This document shows positions 41,058-49,835 of a DNA stretch of 64,000 nt, piece by piece (position 1 is the first letter of the stretch; every line of letters begins with the position of its first letter). The notes under the pieces are model-generated. The model was not told the DNA's origin. It searched no databases and saw only the letters and a program-made list of their open reading frames with translations. The position numbers and the translations under genes are program-made. Source of the stretch: Bdellovibrionales bacterium (GTDB taxonomy: Bacteria > Bdellovibrionota > Bdellovibrionia > Bdellovibrionales > UBA1609); NCBI GenBank assembly GCA_965199825.1, contig OZ241329.1, positions 448,001 to 512,000 of the forward strand, given 5' to 3'.

Positions 41058-41572
41058 GCAGACCAAAAAGTCATCGCAGCTTGTCCACCGCCTTCTCAGT
41101 TAAGTGGAGTAAGTTACGATTATGTTTATCTAGTCCTTGAAAAAAACGACTGTCAAAAAACTGCCCAACCCTTTCAGTTACAAGCTGTCGAGAAACAAGA
41201 CGTTAGAAATTGTCCAAAAATTAATGTTTCATGTGTACTGACGCCCGGCCAAGAGTGTGGAACTAAAAAAAACAGAGAGGAACTTACACCGTATTTTGCG
41301 ACCGCTCAAAACATGACAAATCGAAAAATTTATTTTGGTGAGGGAAAAGTTGAGAGTGTGAAAGATTATAGTGATTATTTTACTTATACCGCAGATACGA
41401 CAGGCGGCTGTAGCGGTGGTTTGGTTACATGTGATTACGGAATTCTGCGTCGCTGATGGGAATTCATTCTGGCGAAGAAACAAATACGACAAACAACGGC
41501 GCGATTATACATAAAGGCATGATTGAGACTTTAAGAAGCTGTGTTCAGCGCATGCGCGCGCAAACCAAATAA
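41058..41572 (+). pseudogene. 5'-truncated, frameshifted protease fragment (copy-2-like)
   Basis: Manual translation ADQKVIAACPPP...YDYVYLVLEK...ADTTGGCSGG; frameshift near 41440, then SASLMGIHSGE...MIETLRSCVQRMRAQTK*; no start or His motif. Confidence 0.85.
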
Positions 41573-41605
41573 AGACTTACGTTCAAAACATTACCAAAAT
41601 TTCGT

Positions 41606-41619
41606 GGCCTTTGTATTGC
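41606..41619 (+). promoter_or_regulatory. Putative sigma54 promoter
   Basis: TGG-CCTTTGTATT-GCT, nearly identical to the one at 36820. Confidence 0.65.
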
Positions 41620-41648
41620 TAATCCCTATGGCAATGATAAAGTTTCGT

Positions 41649-42653
41649 ATGATCACTTTAATTTTTAATGTCTTACTTTTTGCCAACCCTGTTTTTGCTT
41701 CAGCGATGAATTCTTCGATCGTTGGTTTGCATGATGTATTGAATGCCTCTTTTCAAAAAGGAAATTTTGTTGCTCGTGGTTGCGGTACATCACAAGCAAA
41801 TATCAGTATGCAGCAGTGTGAAAAACTTAAGGTGGACGTCACACTCCACACTAAAGGGCGATGCGATATTCGTCGTGCAACCCCACTCGAGAAAGATCTT
41901 TATTCGGGAGTTGTTGCTATCAATGGACCAAAAGTCGTGGGTACAGGACAGCTTGTTTATAACGATGATCTAGGTGTTCCTGAGGATGGATCTCGTTTTG
42001 TGATTACCGCACTGCACGTCATGGGAGATAACAGCCCTAATAAAACTTTGCCTGCAGTAAACCCGATCAGTGGAAAGATTAATCCAAATCTGGCCAAAGT
42101 ACATGTTCGCGGCTGTCCCAAAGATCAAAAGGTTTTGGCAGTGTGTACACCACCGGCTGGTAAAGACCTCAAAGATACAAATAATGATTATCTGATTTTA
42201 GTTTTGGAAAAATCTGATTGTCAAAAAAACGCAAAGCCAGTCCTCCTTAAAAATATTGAAAAAGCTGAAGCTCAAAATTGTACAAATGCTCATGTAGCAC
42301 AAGTTTTAAGCCCTGGATTGGAGTGTGGCACCGTTGAAGACCGAAATAATTTAACCCAATACGATGCAGCTCACGGTCCTATTGCAGAAAGAGACCTGTA
42401 CTTCGGCGATAGTGGAGTTTTTCATGTCAATCAAGGAAACGATCAATTCTTTTATAAGGCTGATACTGCGCCAGGCGGAAGCGGTGGTGGAATTTTCTGT
42501 GATAACGGAAATTATCGAGGCTCGATGCTTGGAATCCACAGAGGTGACGGATCTCTTGGTACTAATCAAGGCCTATTAATAAATAATGATATCACAGGGA
42601 CTTTAAAGAAATGCGCAGAGCAAACCCGTCAGAATTTAAGTGCTCAAAATTAA
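41649..42653 (+). CDS. Secreted trypsin-like serine protease, copy 5
   Basis: Start at MITLIF by alignment with paralogs; ITALH, NDYL, DTAPGGSGGG, MLGIH. Confidence 0.8.
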   Translation: MITLIFNVLLFANPVFASAMNSSIVGLHDVLNASFQKGNFVARGCGTSQANISMQQCEKLKVDVTLHTKGRCDIRRATPLEKDLYSGVVAINGPKVVGTGQLVYNDDLGVPEDGSRFVITALHVMGDNSPNKTLPAVNPISGKINPNLAKVHVRGCPKDQKVLAVCTPPAGKDLKDTNNDYLILVLEKSDCQKNAKPVLLKNIEKAEAQNCTNAHVAQVLSPGLECGTVEDRNNLTQYDAAHGPIAERDLYFGDSGVFHVNQGNDQFFYKADTAPGGSGGGIFCDNGNYRGSMLGIHRGDGSLGTNQGLLINNDITGTLKKCAEQTRQNLSAQN

Positions 42654-42715
42654 AATCTCGTTTTGATACATCGACCGCGAAAAACTAATTTCAATTCTTT
42701 AGTCCAAAAGCTCAC

Positions 42716-42743
42716 TCAAGTTTTTATCAATATAAGCCGATCA
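42716..42743 (+). promoter_or_regulatory. Putative sigma28/FliA-type promoter
   Basis: TCAAG-N15-GCCGATCA upstream of the GAGGGAG RBS and TTG start at 42773. Confidence 0.5.
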
Positions 42744-42772
42744 AATATTAATAAATAATTGAGGGAGATCAG

Positions 42773-44782
42773 TTGCAATCTTTCAAAGCATCATTGGCCT
42801 TTTTTTGTCTCTTTGCTGTTTTAGGCATAAATAAAGCAGAATCACTCCAAAATTGTGCTCTTGGCGATTGCCAACAAATACCATATTCCGCAATGCCACT
42901 GAACTCAGGGGATTCGATCATTATGCCCCCCAATACTTTCGATCCAGTCTCAGAAGCTACTCCACCTGCTACAGTAGATATGCAAAGTAATCCTAATAAA
43001 CCAGAGAGTAGCACAAGTGTAGATACATCAACGCACCCTTCTCGACCTGGTACAGTTACGCAATCTCGTCGAGCGCCCATTCGACAGAATAATAATCCCA
43101 CATCCGGCTCCGACGACAGCTCAAGCGCCTTCGGCAAAGCCGGTGGAAACGCAGAATTCGACGCCTCCTACCTTCCATCATCACCAACGCAACCCCAACC
43201 TGCCAAATCACCAGCAACAACAGCAGCCACGCCAGCTGCGCCAAGTGAACTCGTCAACCAAGCACAAACCGCATTAAGTAATTGTCGCAAACAAGCAGCA
43301 ACCGCTCGTACTTGCTGCACCAATCCGATCGCCTGCATGACAGGCTCAAGCGATGCTCAAGGCGCTTATCAAATGGTAAGCCAACTTGCAGCAGCCGGTG
43401 GAACACTCATGCTCGGTGCAAGTGGTGGAGATCCTGCACAACTCCAACAAATTTGTAATGTGATGCAAGATCTCAGTTACGGAAGCGCTGGAGCGAATGC
43501 CACTTTTGCAGGCGTTTGTTATTCCGAAAAAAGTTCGTGTCAGGATAAATGTGATCTGAGCCAGTACAAAAATCAAATAGATGGCCTCACCCCAGATGAT
43601 AAAGCCAAACTCACAACAGCGATGAGCGATGCCTCAACGACTGCAGGCACTTGCCAACAACTCAACGAACAAGTCGCCCAAATGTCGAAGCAAGCAATGC
43701 AAGGTGCAGTGGGCGGAAGCCTTTCAAGTCTTTGCGCTAACATTTCAAAAGCAAGTACAGGATACTCAAACCTTGATAAACAATCGGTGTTTAACGTAGA
43801 TTGTAGTTTACCAAGCAATCAAGCAAATCCTGCCTGCCTCAACTGTGGTCAGGCGCAAAATGCCAATAACCCTATTTGTAAAACTCAAACTGTGAGCAAC
43901 GGTCAAAGCTTAGGCGACGGATCCCTGTCATCACTCTCTTCAAAAGCCAACTTTGGTGCGGGCCTCGGAGCTGCAAACGTCAACGCCAACGCCGGACTTG
44001 ATGGCAACGGCACAGCCAAAAATATTCAAGGTGGTGCAGCGACTCCGACCACCAACCCAGGTGTGGCCGCAAACTCAGGTCAATTTTTGGGTGGCGCATC
44101 AGCCGGATCGAACTTTGGACTGCCTGATCGCGGTGGACAAGGTCGCGGTCAAGGTTACAACACCGATGTTCTTAACGGAACAAGTGGTGGTGGCGGATAC
44201 ACCGTGAGCAGCGTGCCTGTAAACGGAAGCCCTGGTGGTGGCGGCAATTACATGAGCACCGACAAAGACGGAAAGCCCGTAGACTTAAGAGATTATCTAC
44301 CAGGCCACAGACTCGATCCAAAACGTGCGGTGGCTTCTGTTTCCAATCTCAAACATCCCGAGCTTGGCAGCAAAGAAGAAAATATTTTTGAACGCATTCA
44401 CAAAGTGTATATGCGCAAATGGTATAACGGTGAATTCGTGATGGTGAACGAAAAGCCCGGTGATGGGCCTTCGCCTGAACTTTTAGAAGTGATGATGAAG
44501 CGGCCGTTGCTTCCAATCGAAATCAAAACCGGAAAAGTGTTTAAGGGAAAACTTCCTCCTGAATTAGAAAAATACATGCACAATGATCCGAAACCATCAG
44601 CCCAAATGGTACCTTCGTCCACACCACCCGTTCAGTACGCACAAACCCAAATGCAGATGCGGCAGCCCGCACAAGCAGCGATGTGTCTTCAGAATCAAAG
44701 GGTTTGCAATGCGAGTTCAAAATGCTGTGGGCATTGTCAGATCAATAAAGGTCGAAGCGACGGGATTTGCTTAAACAACTAA
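42773..44782 (+). CDS. Secreted Cys-rich/Gly-rich protein of unknown function
   Basis: Signal peptide; Pro/Ser/Thr linker; Cys-rich helical core; Gly/Asn low-complexity region; C-terminal six-Cys knottin-like tail. Confidence 0.75.
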   Translation: MQSFKASLAFFCLFAVLGINKAESLQNCALGDCQQIPYSAMPLNSGDSIIMPPNTFDPVSEATPPATVDMQSNPNKPESSTSVDTSTHPSRPGTVTQSRRAPIRQNNNPTSGSDDSSSAFGKAGGNAEFDASYLPSSPTQPQPAKSPATTAATPAAPSELVNQAQTALSNCRKQAATARTCCTNPIACMTGSSDAQGAYQMVSQLAAAGGTLMLGASGGDPAQLQQICNVMQDLSYGSAGANATFAGVCYSEKSSCQDKCDLSQYKNQIDGLTPDDKAKLTTAMSDASTTAGTCQQLNEQVAQMSKQAMQGAVGGSLSSLCANISKASTGYSNLDKQSVFNVDCSLPSNQANPACLNCGQAQNANNPICKTQTVSNGQSLGDGSLSSLSSKANFGAGLGAANVNANAGLDGNGTAKNIQGGAATPTTNPGVAANSGQFLGGASAGSNFGLPDRGGQGRGQGYNTDVLNGTSGGGGYTVSSVPVNGSPGGGGNYMSTDKDGKPVDLRDYLPGHRLDPKRAVASVSNLKHPELGSKEENIFERIHKVYMRKWYNGEFVMVNEKPGDGPSPELLEVMMKRPLLPIEIKTGKVFKGKLPPELEKYMHNDPKPSAQMVPSSTPPVQYAQTQMQMRQPAQAAMCLQNQRVCNASSKCCGHCQINKGRSDGICLNN

Positions 44783-44785
44783 AAC

Positions 44786-46528
44786 TTAATGAGTGTCGGT
44801 CGCCCACCACTCGGCGATCGGATCGATCCAACCTTTTAGAGTTTTGTTGACCCAGGCAAAACGATTCCAATACGCCACCCGATTAAAATCGGAAGTGTCG
44901 GTTCCAAGAAAATAATAATTCCACATCAACACCCGATCAAGCGCGTGAGCAATCACCACTTGCTCGTCGCGGTTTTTGGCCGCAACCATTTTTTCGACTA
45001 AGGTATCAACCGCTTTGTCTTTGATTCCACCATAGTTGTCGGACCCCAAACTGTCGGCAGAATCGGAATGCAATGAATTGATCAAACGATTTCCTGGAGA
45101 ATCCGAGCCGGGCATATACTCCCAAATCGCATCGTAATCAAAATTTTTGGTCACCGCCACGTACTGAGCCTTATCAACAGTGCGCACCGACATTTCTATT
45201 CCCATCTTTGCAAGAGTTTGGCGATAGGATAAAGCAATCCGCTCTTTTTCTGGTTCGTCTAACAAAAGCTCAAACCGAAAAGGAACCTTCGTTCGCGCAT
45301 CTCGCAATATCGATCCATTTTTCGTGTACTCGTAGCCCGAATTTAAAAGTTGATTGAGAGCCGCACTTTTGTGAAAGCGACTGCTCACATGCTCTTTGTA
45401 ATTAAAAGGTGATTGAAATACTTCGGCAGGAATCAGATCTCGGAGTGGATTTAAAATCTCGAGTTCTTTTTGTGAGGGCATCTCGGTCGCCATCAAATCT
45501 TTTGAGCCATTAAAAAAACTGACCGGGCGCTTATAAGAATCGTAATTAAATAAATGATTGTAGGTTTCGAAATCAAAGAGTTCGGTCAAGGCTTTGCGCA
45601 CGTTGCGATTTTGAAATTGGGGTTTTCGTAAATTAAAAACAATTGCGTTAGGATATTGCGAACCTTCCCATGGAACTTGGGCGTGTAAGACTTTACCTTC
45701 TTTGGCCGCCGGAAAATTAAAATCATAGGTCCAAGATTTAGGGTTCACATCAAACATAAAATCAAAAACTCCACCGCGAAAGGCCTCAAAAAACACAACG
45801 CTATCGCGAAAATATTCGAAGATAATTTTTTTGAAATGATAAAGCCCTTTTTGTGATGGCAAATCTTTGGCCCAATAGTTGTCCACTTTTTCTAATGTGA
45901 TGTTGCGGCCATATTCGTATTTGGTAATTTTGTAGGGACCACTGCCTTTAAAAGGAATTTTTGAAACCAGTGGAAGTGTGGCCACATCGAGTGGGAGATC
46001 GCGATTGAGTCCATTTTTAAAATAAAAAATCACCCGATGTGGATCAAGAACTTCAACTCGGTCGACTCCTGAGTACTGCATCCGAAAATTAATTTGGCTA
46101 TCGATGTCCATCAAATATTCAAAGGAGTCGGCCACGTCTTGAGCGGTAATGGGTGTGCCATCATTCCAATGGGCCTGTGAACGAAGGTTGATGATCAACC
46201 AGGTTTTGTCGTCGGCGAGTTCAAAATCTTGAGCTACTAAGGGATAAGCCGCAAAGTAATCGTCAGAGGGGCGATAGCTCAAACGGTTCAAGGTATATTG
46301 TAAAACACGATTGGGAACTGTTCCCCGCCGTGAAAAAGGTTTAAGGGTATCGAAGCTTCCGATCTGTCCCCAGGTGATGCTGCCGTGATCGACAACAGAC
46401 TCATCGGCAAACTCGAACTGTTTAAAATCTTTGGTGTATTTGGGGCTTCCGTTTGAGGAAAACGAATAAACTTTGTGACTTGGACTAAGAGCAAAACCAA
46501 ACTGAATCAAAAGGGCAATATATAGCAT
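44786..46528 (-). CDS. Extracellular solute-binding protein family 5 (YejA-like)
   Basis: SFDTLKPF, A.WNDGTPITAQDV, GSGPYKI, NYWAKDLPSQKGLYHF, RALDRVL-like HALDRVLMW. Confidence 0.88.
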   Translation of the reverse strand: MLYIALLIQFGFALSPSHKVYSFSSNGSPKYTKDFKQFEFADESVVDHGSITWGQIGSFDTLKPFSRRGTVPNRVLQYTLNRLSYRPSDDYFAAYPLVAQDFELADDKTWLIINLRSQAHWNDGTPITAQDVADSFEYLMDIDSQINFRMQYSGVDRVEVLDPHRVIFYFKNGLNRDLPLDVATLPLVSKIPFKGSGPYKITKYEYGRNITLEKVDNYWAKDLPSQKGLYHFKKIIFEYFRDSVVFFEAFRGGVFDFMFDVNPKSWTYDFNFPAAKEGKVLHAQVPWEGSQYPNAIVFNLRKPQFQNRNVRKALTELFDFETYNHLFNYDSYKRPVSFFNGSKDLMATEMPSQKELEILNPLRDLIPAEVFQSPFNYKEHVSSRFHKSAALNQLLNSGYEYTKNGSILRDARTKVPFRFELLLDEPEKERIALSYRQTLAKMGIEMSVRTVDKAQYVAVTKNFDYDAIWEYMPGSDSPGNRLINSLHSDSADSLGSDNYGGIKDKAVDTLVEKMVAAKNRDEQVVIAHALDRVLMWNYYFLGTDTSDFNRVAYWNRFAWVNKTLKGWIDPIAEWWATDTH

Positions 46529-46540
46529 GTGTTTGGGACT

Positions 46541-46554
46541 GCAACATCACTGCC
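46541..46554 (-). promoter_or_regulatory. Putative sigma54 promoter (leaderless)
   Basis: GG-CAGTGATGTT-GCA ending 12 nt before ATG 46528. Confidence 0.65.
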
Positions 46555-46568
46555 CTCTTGTTTAAGGT

Positions 46569-47165
46569 TTACATATTTCGATACAGGGGAAGTTTGTGAA
46601 AGGTCATCTTAGGAAATGTTACTCCTGCACCAATACCAATACCTGCACCAACTGTATAAAGATATCCTGGGCGATTCACACCTGACATCAAGCCGACACT
46701 CATCACATCGACATCGACGCTCACACCGCGATTAAAAACCCGGCCCGCATATTCAGAATTTTCGATTTCTTCAAGATGGGGCATTAGGGTAAAAAATAAC
46801 ACATGCCATTTGTATCCCAAGTAGCCTGCGATCCCGGGATTATCATAGGTCACCGAGTAGATGGGAGTGTTGATATCGATCCATCGTCCGATTTCTTTGT
46901 CGTAAACAGTCATCGATCGCACGCGCCACTCAGCGTGATTTCCGATCAACCCAACATCAAAACCTCGTAAAAACATCATGCCTTTAACTTCGGGTAAAAC
47001 CCCACCGTTTGCGGTCGCAAGCGCTGAGACGACTTGCTCGGCATCTTTTCGACTCACAACATTGTGATCCATAATGCTTCGGACTAAATCTTCTTCGCCA
47101 ATGATTCGGGTTGATGCATTTGCACCCGCAACCACCATAAATAAACTCAATATCAATAATTTCAT
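46569..47165 (-). CDS. Secreted hypothetical protein
   Basis: AGGAG RBS, signal peptide ANA-, beta-rich with Gly-rich C-terminal GAGIGIGAG. Confidence 0.7.
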   Translation of the reverse strand: MKLLILSLFMVVAGANASTRIIGEEDLVRSIMDHNVVSRKDAEQVVSALATANGGVLPEVKGMMFLRGFDVGLIGNHAEWRVRSMTVYDKEIGRWIDINTPIYSVTYDNPGIAGYLGYKWHVLFFTLMPHLEEIENSEYAGRVFNRGVSVDVDVMSVGLMSGVNRPGYLYTVGAGIGIGAGVTFPKMTFHKLPLYRNM

Positions 47166-47238
47166 AAAAGTCTCCTATGACTGCTTCATACTGGGAGAGC
47201 TTTTAAGAAACATCAAAATTGTTTTTAGAGAGAAGAAA

Positions 47239-48126
47239 TTACTCTTGCTGACTGCGAGGTTTCGGTGGGAGGACGCGCTTGCCTTCGGTCACCTGCTTAA
47301 CGAAACTTTGATACACATCTTCGTCATCTTTTTTTGATCCAAAAACTTCGGACAAAGGACGTTGTTTTGTGCCATCAGATTTAGCCTGTTTTTGTTTAAT
47401 TCGAAAGCGTACAAGTCCTTGCAGTGGACGACCTTCGCCATCGCGCGCAGGCTTTTCAACATTGGTGCGACCAAACACATCCACAGTTTCGTGTTCAAGA
47501 GTAGCTTGAACCCGTTTGGTGATCAAATCAAGTCTTGCTTGGGTCACATGCTGTGCAGGAGTTCCTGTACCATAGTACACGGAATCAATATAAACGATCG
47601 AGTCCTCAAGCCCTGCGGTAAGTCCTTTGACTCGTTCCATAACGCTCGTAAATGTGGACGATGGTTCTGCTGTATCGCCACGAAATAAATATTTTTCTGG
47701 CAACTCAAAAACGATAGCGTCGGGATTGACTTCAACATTGTTGGCAAAATCACCCATGTCGTCGGCAACCATGGCCATCACGATATTTTTTGAACCGAGG
47801 GCCATCACATTTGGAGTGTAGTCCATGGGTTTCATAAAATCTTCGAGGACCTTTAACGGCTCGTTCATCAGATCAAGAAATAATTTTTCAAGCGTCAGCT
47901 CAACTCCGTAGGCCGAAAAATTATATTCGATCACACTTGGAGTTGAAAAATAATCGGCCACGTTTTTTTTGGCTTCAGAACTTTGAGCCAACAGCCACAT
48001 CACAAGGAAAAACGCCATCATCGCCGTCATAAAATCGGCAAAAGCCACTTTCCAAGAACCACCATGCGCGCCTGCTGCGGCGACGGTGATTTTTTTAATT
48101 ACGATGATCGGTCTTTTTTCTGCCAC
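47239..48126 (-). CDS. motB: Flagellar stator protein MotB (atypical periplasmic domain)
   Basis: HGGSWKVAFADFMTAMMAFFLVMWL TM motif with the conserved Asp; downstream of motA. Confidence 0.9.
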   Translation of the reverse strand: MAEKRPIIVIKKITVAAAGAHGGSWKVAFADFMTAMMAFFLVMWLLAQSSEAKKNVADYFSTPSVIEYNFSAYGVELTLEKLFLDLMNEPLKVLEDFMKPMDYTPNVMALGSKNIVMAMVADDMGDFANNVEVNPDAIVFELPEKYLFRGDTAEPSSTFTSVMERVKGLTAGLEDSIVYIDSVYYGTGTPAQHVTQARLDLITKRVQATLEHETVDVFGRTNVEKPARDGEGRPLQGLVRFRIKQKQAKSDGTKQRPLSEVFGSKKDDEDVYQSFVKQVTEGKRVLPPKPRSQQE

Positions 48127-48129
48127 GAT

Positions 48130-48990
48130 TTATGCTGCCCGTTTAGGTTCTTTAGAAGCTGTATCCATCTCTTCGAAAGTTGGTCTTTCATGTGGAAAAA
48201 TACTGCGTCTTGCGAACTCGATACATACCAGCGGTGGTGCTCCTCTTTGAAGTGCAACCATTGCGGCTTTGATAACCATTAAAAATCGACCTTCTGTGCC
48301 GATGTCATTTCCCATTTTTGAAGCGATAGGAGCAATAAATCCGTAACACATCAAAACCCCTAAGAAAGTTCCAACAAGTGCGGCCGCGACCATGTGTCCG
48401 ATTTTTTCAACCCCGGCATCGAGGTAATCCATCGTATGCACAATCCCCAAAACCGCTGCAACGATCCCGAGTCCTGGTAGAGCATCACCCACTTGAGAGA
48501 TGGCGTGTTGAGCCGCATGCTCTTCTTCATGGGCAACCTTGATATCTTGATCTAGCAAATCATCCACATCGTATTGTGATAAGTCTGCAGACAAAGTGAT
48601 CTTCATGGTGTCACACAAAAAATCAACCGCGTGATGGTTTGCCAAAAATGCAGGATAAGCTTTAAAGATTTCAGAGGATTCAGGCTCTTCGATATGTTTT
48701 TCAACTGCTTGAGGGCCGTCTTTACGGAACAATTGAAACAACTGAAACATCATTTGCAAAAGTTCGAGATACTCAGTTTTGCCAGGGCCTTTTTTTGTTA
48801 GAGCTTTGATCGCCATGCTGACCGCAGCTTTCACTGTGCCCATAGGATTTGCGATCAAAAATCCACCGACTGCTGCTCCACCGATGATCAACAACTCGAA
48901 CGGCTGAATCATAACGTGGATGTGTCCACCCGCCGCTAAAAAGCCTCCGAACACACAACCTAAAACTACAAGTATTCCTACAAAACCCAT
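48130..48990 (-). CDS. motA: Flagellar stator protein MotA
   Basis: QPFELLIIGGA, LPGLGIVAAVLG, AALVGTFLG, RPTFEE. Confidence 0.95.
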   Translation of the reverse strand: MGFVGILVVLGCVFGGFLAAGGHIHVMIQPFELLIIGGAAVGGFLIANPMGTVKAAVSMAIKALTKKGPGKTEYLELLQMMFQLFQLFRKDGPQAVEKHIEEPESSEIFKAYPAFLANHHAVDFLCDTMKITLSADLSQYDVDDLLDQDIKVAHEEEHAAQHAISQVGDALPGLGIVAAVLGIVHTMDYLDAGVEKIGHMVAAALVGTFLGVLMCYGFIAPIASKMGNDIGTEGRFLMVIKAAMVALQRGAPPLVCIEFARRSIFPHERPTFEEMDTASKEPKRAA

Positions 48991-49012
48991 ATTGCTTGAC
49001 CTCTTATGTTGT

Positions 49013-49040
49013 GTTTCGGAGATTAATGATTCGTTCTAAA
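49013..49040 (-). promoter_or_regulatory. Putative sigma28/FliA-type promoter of motAB
   Basis: TTTAG-N15-TCCGAAAC on the minus strand upstream of motA. Confidence 0.45.
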
Positions 49041-49067
49041 GCACAACTCGACTTTCAAAGAGGACAA

Positions 49068-49826
49068 ATGGCGAAAATAATTTTGATCCGCGGGATGTCG
49101 ACCTCAGGATCTGACGATCTCGGTTTTGGCCCAGTCCAGCTTGGGCCACTGCTCGCAAAACTTCAGGACTCGCTCCTTGACCATGGGCTTAAGACCTCGA
49201 CCATCGAAGATTTAGGTAACGGCAATTTGCAAAGCCATGTGGATATTGCTCTTAATAAACTTAAAATGTTTAATGAAGACTTGCATCTTGTTGGCTACTC
49301 AATGGGCGGCTTGATTGCGAGACAATGTGCCGAGCACCTAAAAAATGTGGTGGCGGTCACCACCCTTGCGACACCTCACCACGGATCTGTAATGGCCGAT
49401 CTTGCGCTTGAACTGCATGAGATTAAGCCAAAGCTCTATTGGTTTATGAACACGGCGGGCTACACCTTTTCAGATAAACTTATTATATTTAACGATCTTT
49501 CAACCGCAATGATCCAAAAATGGAATGCTGAGCGGCAGTTTCCACCAGGCGTCGACGGAGGATCTTTTCAATTTTCAACTCCATCGCCCAATGCATTTAT
49601 CCGTTTTTTGAATCAACATATCCCCCGAGCGCGAAAACCAGAGGCGACCGATGGTTACGTAGAACTTGAATCGCAAAAATGGATGAAGCCCTTAGGTCAT
49701 TTTAAACTCGATCATCTCTCGGCAATTGGATGGAATTTTCATGTCCGCCCCAACAGGCGTGCCTTTGTGCGCCAAGAGTACAACCGATTTATCGAAAGCC
49801 TTGTGCAAAGATTAAAACATTTTTAG
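49068..49826 (+). CDS. Alpha/beta hydrolase (lipase/esterase)
   Basis: GYSMGG nucleophile elbow, TLATPHHGS, DGYV, DH; start after GAGGA RBS. Confidence 0.88.
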   Translation: MAKIILIRGMSTSGSDDLGFGPVQLGPLLAKLQDSLLDHGLKTSTIEDLGNGNLQSHVDIALNKLKMFNEDLHLVGYSMGGLIARQCAEHLKNVVAVTTLATPHHGSVMADLALELHEIKPKLYWFMNTAGYTFSDKLIIFNDLSTAMIQKWNAERQFPPGVDGGSFQFSTPSPNAFIRFLNQHIPRARKPEATDGYVELESQKWMKPLGHFKLDHLSAIGWNFHVRPNRRAFVRQEYNRFIESLVQRLKHF

Positions 49827-49835
49827 GGTGACCCA

